Source of the DNA: Perna viridis
Taxonomy: Eukaryota
Assembly (NCBI GenBank): GCA_037379345.1
Contig: CM074512.1
Span: 6,324,001 to 6,388,000 of the forward strand
Length of the DNA stretch: 64,000 bases
Direction: 5' to 3'
The notes under the pieces are model-generated. The model worked only from the letters and a program-made list of their open reading frames with translations. It was not told the DNA's origin and searched no databases. A program made the translations under genes and the position numbers. Of the stretch, positions 13,480 to 25,800 are shown one piece after another; within the stretch, counting starts at the first letter, position 1, and every line of letters begins with the position of its first letter.

Positions 13480-13720
13480 TAATGAATTGAATGAATGAAC
13501 GTGGTCACCTGATTACTGTAATTTCCTCGAATACACCATGACCCACATTCACGGGTATGGCTATGCTCGGGGACTGTGTAAAGGCTTCGATTCTTTACAC
13601 CGTCCGTAAGAGACCCCAAATGATAGCCAATAGCGTTAAGAAACCCCCGAGTCCGGCATGAATTACAAATACCACATATGAGTGCAAACCGGGTCTAACA
13701 GTATTCAGTATATGTTAGCA
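13480..13720 (-). mobile_element. Possible SINE/LINE 3' portion with (TTCA)n tail
   Basis: GC-richer island with nested hairpins ending in a TTCA-repeat tail on the minus strand. No TSD found. Confidence 0.3.
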
Positions 13721-14228
13721 CGAAAACAAAAATTAAACCGAGTATAAGTATAGTCAGCTGATGGTCAGCGTCTCTCATATCTTGCAAATGATTGGCTAAA
13801 ACTGTGTTACGAAAGATTTTTAGGGAAATTTAGTGGTTAATATCCACAAATACAGTCGAATTATCAACTAAATCACCTGCTAGAAGAAACTATGTCCTAT
13901 GTAGCTTTATAATGCACAAAATGAAGGGTGTAACGGATATGCGGAAAGTGCTATCAGTTTCAATTTTATTGTTATAGTGTTATTTAACAATAATAAGTCC
14001 TTGTTGTCGCATACGTTGTTGGGAAAGACATTTACATGTTTTTTTTTTACCAACACATGTAAGTACATATTTTTTCCGTAATTCAACTTATTTTAATTTC
14101 GCGACCTTATATGGATCCTCAATGACTGGGAAATAATTTACATAATTATTTGCATAAATTTTATTGACTAACTCATATCATTGCACGTTTTTTTCTACTT
14201 TCATCTACCCCAACGTGACGTCTTATGA

Positions 14229-14345
14229 GCATGAGCAATTCTGTGGGTGTTTCTATAGAAGAGGATGCTTACTTTACAGGTGCACCTGTTACATGCTTCC
14301 CCTTTTAGTGCATTAGTTGCTCCTTTACGTTTTTTTTTTGTGTTA
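14229..14345 (+). mobile_element. Penelope-like element (family 1) 3' UTR fragment
   Basis: Degenerate copy of the ATGAGCAA...GAGGATGCTTAC...GGTGCACCTG...GTTGCTC motif also at 21320 and 57003. Confidence 0.55.
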
Positions 14346-14649
14346 TTTTCGCTAGTAAACATGTTACACTACCGTATATCGTTGAATAACACTATAACAA
14401 CAAAGTTGACAAAAATAGCACTTTCCGTTACTCTTTTCTTTTATGACTAATTTTGTCCATTTCAACATAAACTTTCTCCAAACATGTTGTTTTTAATGTG
14501 TGAAAATGATTTCTCAATAATGCTCAAACGCATTACATGCCTTGAACGAGCTATATCGAAAAAAAACATTGCTATTTTTACACAATTGGAACATTAACCA
14601 ATCAAATTTATTACTCTCAGCACCTAACGATCTGTTGCCTACACTCATG

Positions 14650-14750
14650 ATTTTTTATCCATTTCATATTCATCGCCTGAATATAGCTGAAATATTGCTG
14701 CTCGGGCGTTTAAACCAAACAAACAATCAATCAATCAATCAATCAATCAA
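14650..14750 (+). mobile_element. 5'-truncated retroposon sharing the 3' tail of the intron-14 element
   Basis: 12-bp TSD CCTACACTCATG (14638-14649, 14751-14762). Tail CTGAATATAGCTGAAATATTGCTGCTCGGGCGTTTAAACC(AAAC)n(AATC)n. Confidence 0.8.
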
Positions 14751-14861
14751 CCTACACTCATGCACACAATTTGACGCTTAGATAAGTTTACATTTGTATA
14801 CCATTTTGGTCCTTGGTCTTAGAAATTTGTTGTCATATTACTAGGTCAATTCATAGATAGG

Positions 14862-15040
14862 TTTACATGCTCTAAGTTTTTAGTGGAGTCCGAGTTGCTC
14901 ATTTGCTTTTGTTACTTTGTATGTATGATTTAGTTACTTTATGTTCTTTGTTGTGCATGTCTGTTTTCCATGTCTGGTCTTTGTTCCCGGATTACATTCT
15001 TTTGATTACCGCTATAACCTTGATTCCCTTGATAACTCTT
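14862..15040 (+). mobile_element. Penelope-like element (family 1) 3' end
   Basis: Matches the GGAGTCCGAGTTGCTCAT...GATTACCGCTATAACCTTG...ACTCTT end of the other copies. Confidence 0.7.
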
Positions 15041-15687
15041 TAGGTATAACATGATCTGATACGAGAGCGTGTAAACAAACGACGTAATTTAAATTTTATG
15101 AAGAATTGGAGCTGTAACATCAACGAAACAAAAGTAAAGGGACGCCATCTGGAACGATAGTAACATACTGAACACACTGACAAACGAAAATATCCTTTGG
15201 ACATAAATCAGTACATATTCAGCAGTTAGTTTCAACTGATTTGATGCAATTTCTTTTTGACAAGTTATCTTAAATTTTGATAGGATAAAACAAAATAAAA
15301 AGTGATTATCAGCTAAACTGTGTAGGTTTGAATTCATACATGCAAATGATAAAAGTAGTCATACCATATTTTGAAAAAGTGACAACATTTTCCCGTAGAA
15401 AGGTGGTATTTCTTTCCGCATTCAAAGAATTGAAAAAATAAGCAAAAGGCAAAATATTTTACAGCTAATATATGTTTTCTTATATCTGCATGTAAAGACT
15501 TTTGAATGACCAATGGGAATTAATCGCATATTCGATTTTTGTTTCATATTCAAGAAAAGTTTTTTTAAACTTTCAAAAAGGAGATAAAAAGTGCAAAACT
15601 AGCAGTGTCGACCTTTTAAATCAGAAAAAAATACTTAAAGATATTGTCATTGTTGACAAAAAAGTAAAATGATAAAATGCTTAAAAT

Positions 15688-15693
15688 TTTATT
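15688..15693 (-). terminator. Polyadenylation signal AATAAA of copy A
   Basis: tttatt on the + strand, ~100 nt downstream of the stop codon. Confidence 0.6.
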
Positions 15694-15793
15694 GTATTCA
15701 ATGCTTTGTAAAATAAAAAAAAGAATAAACAAAACCAAATACAACCAAATAGAAATTATAGTGGTTTCAATTATCACAAAAACGTCAGGTCAA

Positions 15794-16824
15794 TTAACGG
15801 CATTTTTTCTCCACTTGCCACGAGTTGGCAAGTTTATTGACATCAGTGGTAATGTGTCGGTCTGATGTCATCATATCGTTGTAACGTTCGTTGTCATGGA
15901 CACCTAAAAGTCCGGCAGTTCTACCATGAAACCAGTGGCTGACGTCAACTTCGTAAGATTGTTTCTTTAAGTTATTAACGATGTTAAACCCTTGACCATC
16001 GATAAAGATTTCATCTCCGACTTGAGAAACTCTTAGTTCGTCGGAAACGTAGGGAAGTTTCTTTTGAGAACCATCCACACGTACCTAGAAAATTCATGAT
16101 ACATAGTTTAGGTTATTAGTATGTAGGAAGTTACTCTTTGAATTTAAAAAGAAAAAAAATAATGAATTATATAATGAAGGCAAACATGGATAAAGGGCAA
16201 GTAACAAACATGGATAACGAGCAAGTAACGAACATGGATAACGAGTAAATAACGAAAATGAAATAGTGTAAAGTTGAGAATGACCAAAATCCTTTACGAC
16301 ACCAATCAATTACACTATATTACTACAAATTATGTAGGCGGTGATGAATAAATGAAGAATAAAGAACCACATTCAAAATATATAATATGTGAGTTTTAAA
16401 TGGAAACTAAACTGATCCTTAATTTCATAGTCAATGTACATTGAGAGTTCTGGAAATTATTTTGGACGTAAATGTGTATAATAGCATGAATGATTTCCTA
16501 TCCATTGACACTAATATGATTTCTTCAGATGAAGATTATACCTTAGGTATAAAACGCCAACTTCTGTCTGAATATACTTGATTTTCTTTTCATGAAAAAG
16601 AAAAAGATAAGTGTTTATGCTTACCATTCCATTAGGTGAAACTTGAACATTTTGAGTGGCTGACAATACAATGAGCTTCTTCTTTTGTCTTGCCATATAG
16701 TTCAGGATAATGCTGAATTTATCATGCCCGAAGTCACGTGACAAAACGTAACTACATTTGCCATTAAAGTCAAATTCTTGACCATCAAAGGTTGTGTAAC
16801 GATTGCCATGAATATAAGCATGGG
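15794..16824 (-). CDS. Terminal exons 29-30 encoding the von Willebrand factor D domain
   Basis: AHAYIHGNRYTTFDGQEFDFNGKCSYVLSRDF...VSHWFHGRTAGLLGVHDNERYND...ANSWQVEKKCR*. Confidence 0.9.
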
Positions 16825-19800
16825 CTGGAAAATAAATATTTGCTTCGTTAAGAATTCCTTTAACAAATAGGCTTTTGGAACAGGGTTCTGTTGCTACAAG
16901 ATTGAAGTCATCACTACAGAAGTTTTATGGTCGTTATCGTGAACTCGTGGATCGTTATGGTGTATCCATCAGCACCATGAAAACTGATTTATTCAACGGG
17001 TCATATTTTTCCTTACCCTACCGGCGCACCTGGTCCTACTTCCAGTTTTTAGTGGAGTCCGAGTTGCTGATTTACTTTTGTTACTTTGTATGTATGATTT
17101 TAGTTACTTCATGTTTTTTGTTGTGTATGTCTGCTTTCCATGTCTGGTCTTGGTCCCTGGATTACATTCTTTTGATTACCGCTATAACCTTGGTTCCCTT
17201 GATTACTCTTTTAAATTAAAAAAAACATTCCTAATCATGTTTTTTTGTACTTGTAAGCAAAATATAATTCCCTAAATACTTCCTTTTGGGACGCTTACCC
17301 AACCTGGTCTATGATCCAAGTTTTTAGTGGAGTCGAAGTTGCTCATTTACTTTTGTTACTTTGTATGTATTATTTTAGTTATGTTTTTTGTCGTATTTGT
17401 CTGATTCCCATATCTGGTCTTTGTACCTAGCCTGGATTACATTCTTTTGATTTCCGCTAGAATCTTGGTTCCCTTGATTACTATTTTTGAGACAATGGTA
17501 TTATTATTAAATAAACATGTTTTAATTTCTATAAAAACAGGAGATGTGTAATCGTTACCAAAGAGACAGTCATCCACCAAATATCTAGCAACAAACAATA
17601 AAGCGTCTACAGGTTACTCTACGGTCTTCAATGATGGGCAAAAATGCATATTTCCATTTTCCAGGTGTAAATTTGTCATAGAAAAATAATTTTTTCTTAC
17701 CTCCAAAGTTTGGTAGTACGGCGTGTGACCAAATATCGTCCCATGATGGTAGAGGATTTCTGTGTGGGATCAGAGATCTGATATTTTCCAATGGATTAAT
17801 CATTCTGTCGATTTCTAGGAGAGATTTCATCTCCAACGGTAGATATATGTCCATTTCAATATGACCCTTTTTGGGGTCATACACAGTAATTTTAGTTTTC
17901 TTCATATCAAGTATGATGTCTCTAAGATTGCTGAATTCCTCTTCAATATCTTTTTTGATGAAGTTGACGAATTTGGCAAACACTGAGTGAATATTTTCTT
18001 CAATTTCCCAGTATTTGTACGCTGATGATGCCTGCAAAAATTATTGTATTAAGTACATCTCAAAAGACAAAAAAGAAAATTAATGAAAAATAAACATAAA
18101 CAAAACAAAACAAAAACGTAAAACTCCATAAAGAACAAATGTTCCAATATATTTCGACGACAAAAAGTGTATATTTTATTTTGAGGTAAAATCATTTACA
18201 TGTATTGTGTCATACTTAATTTCTTATTTACTTTTTATCAACATACGCAAAGGTCAACAGTATTTCAAAATTCTACGACATACCATGTTATAAACTGATG
18301 TTGGCATAGTTTTGGTAAGTTCGCTTTTGATAGTTTCTCTTGTATTGTATATGACAGTGTTGTACTGGTCAGCCATTTCTTTCAAAGGAATTGTGGGTAG
18401 TCTTGATTTTACAGCATTTATAATTTTGTTGCTAGACAGTGAGGAAACTGAAGCTGAAATTGAAAGTTGTCATGTTTTTTTTTCGCACTGTTCATCACTT
18501 AACATATGCTTTATGAAATTCACCAGAAAATAATGGTGAGGATAATGAAGCTTTTGTTATGATTTAAAGTGAAAAGTAGTTTTTCAATTTTTTATGTCGG
18601 ATGAAAGGCAATATAATTTTCAAAATATTGTCAAACATAATGTACAGTCATAGAGTAACAATTTATATCGTAAATAACAAAAGTAAAACGAAACAATAAA
18701 ACAAAAAAAAATCAATGAATCAAAAAGAAAGATGTTATGAAGTCGCACGATTTGAAAAACGCGTAAATTAAACGAATATAAAGAAATTGTTTTGATACAA
18801 TAAATTTTACTGGTAAAACCAATTATATCGTTTATTTAAAAAAATCGATTGAGTAGGTCATTTACCTGTTACTGGCTTCCCATACTTGTTGTAAACTCTT
18901 TCAATTGATGTCGACAGTTTGGATGATTCAGAGTGGACGAAATCAGCAATCTGAGAGTAATATTGGAGTGATAAGTCCTCCGTCAGCTGAAACAAACGAA
19001 GTGTTACGCTGTAAAGACCAGCAGATACTTTCATTATATATCAAGTTAACATTTTGTAACAATATTTAATTTTGTAAGACAAAACAGATATTTCTGTGGT
19101 AGAGAAAATTAAATTCAAAATACCTTGACAAGTTGTGTAACCTCAGCTAGGTACAGATTGTATCGTGTCATATCGATATCTCTGGTCAATTCAATGATGT
19201 CGGCCTTCATTTTCTGGACATGATTTCTAAAAATAAAGAAAGAGTATTTTATGGCATTACACCTTTTTGTATTTTTTATAAATATAAGACAGAAACGGGT
19301 ATATAGTTCACACACCATGATACTTAATCATACATGTGTTTAAATACAGAAAAAAAGTATACAATATTTTGATATTCAGATTGTTATTGATAACTGAATC
19401 ATTACTGATATTAATAAAACTCAAAGTTTTAATGGTTTATTTCAAAATTTTTAAAAAATCACTAAAAAATTGGTTTTGGTTCATTATCCATATTCAAAAA
19501 AAATATTCAGCCATCGTCGAAACATAATTCACTTCTTTGTTAATATCTTCGCCTATAAAAGGTCAGAACAACATCTCTCCACACCAAATGACATAACACA
19601 TATACTAATGCAACCCAGAAATCCCTGCTGTATATACAGTTATAAAAGTATGAAGAAAACTTTCTTTCCTTTCATAGCTGGACTTCTATTAGACCACATT
19701 TGAAAAGGAAAGCGCTAGTATTCCAACTTCAATGGATCAATGTTTTTTTGGGGGGATGCTATATCTACTCTTATGAATTAAGTGCCAATTCAAATCATCT

Positions 19801-22800
19801 TCGCCTAAAACTCCCTTCCATTTTTATTGAACTGTGAAAGGACTTTCATTTTGTTGGTCCACGTAGAATTTGTTAAAAAAATATTTGAACGATTTCTGTT
19901 AGCTTTTTAATTTATCAACACATTTATTTCAAGTTATATCTAGCCTACATCTATTTTCTAAAATACAACTTTTCCATTTCACAGGTATGGCATGTACGAT
20001 AGCATAATATTCTAAGACATTTTAAGCCATGACATCTTGAAGTTTGGAAATTGAGAATATATGAGGAAATAACCCTACCTCCTCTAGTGTATGACTAACT
20101 ATTTTTTTTTTTATCTTTGATACATGATACGTATTTGTATATTTGACCAATTGAATAAAAAGGACTTCTTCATTAACTTATTACGATACCGAAGAACAAA
20201 GGAGATATATTTAAAGGTACATTTATTGGCATTGCCTAAAAAGATATATTATTCGTTAATGTAATTGTCTCACCTGATAATTTTTTGAGTCGTCTTGAAA
20301 TGTGAGGAAATGTCTTTGAGATAATAATCATTATTCGCCTTCATTCGCTTGAGGTCGGTAATTCTATCAGACAAGGATTTCAGGTAAGGCTTTAGATCTT
20401 CTTTGATTGCTGTAACAATTATGGAGTGTTTGTGTTGAACCTCCTGTTCTACTGAAGTCCAAGTGGTCTCCAAAACTTTGTTAATTCCGTCTCCATATTT
20501 ACGGATTTTATTCATTCCAGCAACCTGGAAGTATAGATTATTAACATGCTAATCAAACAGTTTACCTTTCCCTAGCTTGCCGTATCTACTGTAGACAAAT
20601 AAATTAAAGGGATTTACTGTTGAGGTCTACCATTATAAAACAGAGACGTCATACTGAAATATCTAATAAGAGAAAATCCTTACAAAAATAAACACAAAAC
20701 CTAGTAACTTACATCACACAGGAACAATTATTGAATTTAATTACAGAAATCCACTGAATCTATCTACATGACATCTATACATCAATCCCCCGCCTTTTCA
20801 TTCAAGTTTACCTCAAATTGTACATACTTCATCATAATTCCTATATTTTTTTAAAATTTATTTATTATTTTCTTACTTTGGCTAATATGAGACAGTATAG
20901 TTAGACATCTGTAACTACACCTAATTTTGGTAGAAATTATCGCATCCGGTATTATATTGCTATTATGAACGATTGTAGTTTCTAAGCACTTTCGATAACT
21001 ATACGACAAACGCGATTACTTTATTGTCAACTTTTCTTTCATCTGTGGCAGCATCCCTTCAGCACCTGCGTATTTAATTTACATATCACAACTCATATGT
21101 TATGCCAGAGCTTGCCGTAACTACGCAGACGTTTTGTACCGCGCTAGACTTCTTACAATTAGGCTTCAGGAACAGGATTATGCTGCTACAAGATTGAAGT
21201 AATCAATACGGAAGCTTAATCATTACCCTAATGAATTCGTGGATCGTTACCGTATATCCATTTGCACCATTAAAAAGTTATCTTTCCCTCTTTCGTCTAC
21301 CTTGGTGTTGACTTTTTATCAGCAACTCGGCAGATGTTTCTAGAAAGGCAGAGGACGCTTACCCTACCGGTGCATCGGTCCATTATCCCAGTGTTTAGTT
21401 GAGTCCAAGTTAATCCTTTACCTTTGTTGCTTTGTACGTGTTATTTTGGTTCATTTCATGTTCTTTTTTGTATGTGTCATTTATCCATGTCTGGTCTGTG
21501 TACGTTCTTTTGATTTCCACTAGAATCTTAGTTTCCTTGATTACTCTTTCAGTTTTTGTCTTTTTTTTTCTTGTAGAAATGTCTTATTCACTTTTTGGCG
21601 TTGAAATAAATCATGCAGAAGTATCACCTTGACTGTTTTGAGAAGGTCAGGGTTCCAATGGACTGAAGTATGCAGTATTCTTGAAGTCTTGAGGCGAAGG
21701 TTAAGAAGGGTATCAGCAATTCTCTTTTGGTTCACATTTCTGTATACTTCAGCTGTAAGTCCGGTACTATCAGCCAGTTTAGCATTTACATGAAGAATAT
21801 TCTGTGGATTGTCTGTAATAATTCAAGAAACATCACTGACAATCTTTTAATTTATCCAATGACGAATTCATCGCTTAAAATACGGTAGTCAGTTTATTCA
21901 CTTAACATTGCGTTTCATATCCAATATAAAATAAATGGTTCTTATACAAACAAATACTCAGTTTAAGATATTATTATTTTCTCAAGTTAAAAAAATGATA
22001 TTGATTTGATGAAGGGGAATTGTCTTGTACTGGTGAAACATAACTAGCACAGGAAAAATAACAATTTGAGCAGTCAGAGTATTTGTAATTAACGTACCAA
22101 TATCGTAGTTAATGCTTGCATCAAGACTGGTGTCTGATGGGTCGAGGACGACCTCAGCATTGATAGGTTTGATATTGTCATACAAGTTCTGAATACTGAT
22201 TCTGTAAGGTGCTGATGTCTGTAGTTGGCCTTTTACATTGATTGCTTTGATTGGAGAATCAAGCTGAAAAAAATCAAAGCACATGATGCAATAATTCACA
22301 AACCTTATAATAGTCTGAACAAACTTAAGAGACACAAAGATGCGCTAAAATTGATTTCATTGATTGAGATCTTTACTTTTCTAGTTCAAATATGTTTAAA
22401 AGTTAGTATGACTTTTTTGTAAAACTCACTATACAAGGAGTAATTAATGCAAAATACTTTTAAACACAATTCATTTCAATTATTCACCTCCAGTTTTAGT
22501 GTGTTTTTCAAACTGTTAATTTCAGTCATTAACACAACGTTTTTAGTCTGTCTGTCTGATGTGAGGTATTTCACATCTATTGAAGCAATTTTACTGTATT
22601 CAGTAGATTCTAAACTTGATGCCATTTCTACGTCAACGGTTGTGTAAGGATGTTTGATTCCAACGTTAAGATTGTAGTTTGTCTCACTACCAGATGAATT
22701 GTCTTCTAGTTTTGTGGTCAGTAATAATGTTTTGGAAGGATCTCTGGAGTATCGTAAGGCAGTTGTCCCATCTAACAAAATTCCTCCTTTATTGACTTTA

Positions 22801-25800
22801 ACGTGCGAGTCCAGATGTACGTCCTTAAATAAGAAATCGAAATATTTAAATAAACGAAATAGATTTGCACTTGTAAAACAATTTTCTATGAAAACAAATA
22901 CGTTGAATGGTTTGAAACATGTAATACTGATTTCAGATTAGTTGTATGTGTAAAATTAATTGAAAAAAAAATCGATTTTGGTAATGAAAACAAAACAATA
23001 ATAGTATTTAGTTTTAACTTTTAAAAAAAATAAATGAACCTTATAATTTGATTGATTTTTTTTTATATTATTCTTTCATATACCTGGCCAATACTTGGCA
23101 TCTCAAGGATAACATTTGCTTCAACACCTTCATCACTTGGATTGATCTCTCCTTTAACAGTCACTTTCTTTGTCTGGTCTCTATCTGCATCCCAGTAGAA
23201 GGCAGTAGTTGCCATCGTAGAACCAAGACGCTTTTGAACTTCATTGGAAACCATGACCGACCTAGAAGGAAATCTGAGCTTAATACTTGAGGCCCGTTCA
23301 TCTTCAGTGTGTTTACAATCAAATGTGTATCCAAATACATCCTTGTTACCCACACTAACATCGAAGGTGGCAAAATCTTTCTTGTTATTCTTTTCAAGTT
23401 GACCTCTAAAGCCGAACGACTTTTTCGGGTGAGTCAATCTGAGTGCTATACTACATTTGTCGTCGTTATGGTTCAGATAGGTTTCCATGTCAATGCTGCT
23501 GTCGGTTTTGTCTGTATTCCAATTCAAGCTAATGTCAGTATTCATTTTACCAGCCTCCATATTTCCACCGATCCTAAAGTTCATAGGTCTGGGATGTCGT
23601 GTAATAATTGAAACGGTATGATGCTCTGCTTTGGTGTAAACAGCATCAAGGTCTATCAAATGCTTTGCATTGTGTTCCAAGAAGATAGATACCATTTTAT
23701 TATCGTCAGAATTTTTATGTCCAATGTCGATCTTTGCCATTTTCAAGCTTTTAAATGGAGTTGAAATAACCAATGAATTTTTTATACCGTTAGTTACATC
23801 ACAAGTTGCATCAAGTGATATTTTATTATCTTTGTTCCAACTAGTTTCGACATGTGATTTGTATTCTCTGCCTGTTTTCTGGTTTACCAAGGATGCACTC
23901 ACACGTTCTAAATGTTTGAAACCTGTTGTAAGAATTGCTGTAGTCTCCATGTCCAAAATAGAAGCATATCGGAGATGTATTTCTGAATAGACAGGTTTGA
24001 ATAACGGAGTGGTTAATTCAAAAGTGACCCGCAGATCATGTCGGTCACCAGAGCATGACATTCTTACATCAGAAGATTCAAAACCATTGAATGGTGTTAG
24101 TACGGTGACTCTGGCTGTCATAGGACTGCTATCAACATCAATCAAAGTTTTGAAACTAAGGGCTTGGTTATTAAGTTTCGCTGATGTTTCTAGATTGTAA
24201 ATGTTGTTTCGACTTTCAAGGAATCCTTTTGCAGAAAAACGTCGTGCTATTTTGAAAGGAGTGTTAAGTTCCATACTCAGGGATTTGGATGTCAGTTTGA
24301 AATCCCCAACTAGTTGAATACCAGTTGAACATTCGCAGCTTGTAAAAACAGTAGCAGTTGTATCAATATTGTGCCTATAGATAAATCTCATCAGCTCATG
24401 TCCTTTGATAGGTGTTTTCACTTCAGCTTTGATATCAGCTTTGTTGTAGCGTTTGTTAAATACGTTAACGCTTATTTCGTAAACTTTTTCAGGAGAAAGG
24501 GAGAAAACGACAGAGTTTGAAATCGTGTTTGCCTTAATGGCACACTTTACTGAAGCAACCATGGATCTAATAGATGTGAAAGGCGTCTGAATCTTTATCA
24601 TTGCTTCAAATGAAGGTTGTACTTTAAATGTAGATTCTAGTCTTATCTCATTATTATCCAGTTTGGTTTTAACCATGACGCTCATGTCATTAAAAGATCT
24701 TGCTCCTGAAATTTCCATTTCTGCCCTTTTTACTGTTCCTGCAACACTGATATCTACTGATGATGTAGCTTTCGCTTGATTTCTTGTGCTAATGTCAAAA
24801 TTAGTAGTTGATGTGAAATAGTTTTCACTGCCGATGGATGCAGAGAAAGATGATGTGAACTTCTGAAAAGAGCCTGATGTATCATACTTTATGTTAATGT
24901 CTTCAACAACTGCAGTTTTCAGATCCAAATTTCCTTGGATAACACCCATGCTTCCAACGTGTTCGAAAGTCAAGTCATAAATTGTTTGGCTTTCAATTTG
25001 AACATCTGACGTTAACAGGAAATTTGTAGGATTGTCGTTAAAGTTAATGTTGAAGGACATATCACTAATACCAGAGAATGGTGTCTTTACGTTAACCTCT
25101 CCATTGAATGGAAGGCTTTTATCGAAGGAAGAACTTATTTCAAAATTCTTAGATCCAATTCTCCCATTAATCTGAAGTGAGGTTGTTTTACCTCTAGTGT
25201 CATACTGCATATTAGCAGAAACGTCTTTATATCCTTGGAATGGTGTATCAATTGACATTTTAGCATCAATCATGTCATAAGATACAACTGAGAAGTCACC
25301 AGACATAGCCTGTCCGTTGTAGTCTACATTCAGGTTCAACGAGTTCTGAAAATCAGCAAATTTACGGACGATCAAAATCTTGCAATTATGTAATGAAGAA
25401 CCATCAACGTTGACCAAAATAGAGGCACCAAGTTTATTTTTGGTGAGCTGAAATGAAGATGTCACTTCGAGATCTTTTGTGTAAGGTGTTGTTAAGGAAA
25501 GTTTAGCAGTATATTTATTATCAAATGACAGAACTGCTGCTAAAGTTGCTTTCTTATCGTTGTATGATGATTCTGTTTCTATACCAAATCGTGAACCTGT
25601 TGTTATCAAGTTAAATTTTGAACCTATGTTATAGTTCTTACGACCGTAGTTAATCTGGACATTGGTGGTGAAAGCAGTGGGTTGCCCTCTGTACTGAATG
25701 TTGCAAGTCACGTCATTCGTCCATGGCGTTTTAATTTCAAGATTACTGGAAAACCCAGACACAAAGTCAACAGACAAATCGCCCGACACTGTTTGACCAT

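Noticed and set aside
15089-15337. ORF as an extra C-terminal (C8) exon
   Set aside because: No C8 cysteine pattern, and it lies beyond the stop codon and AATAAA.
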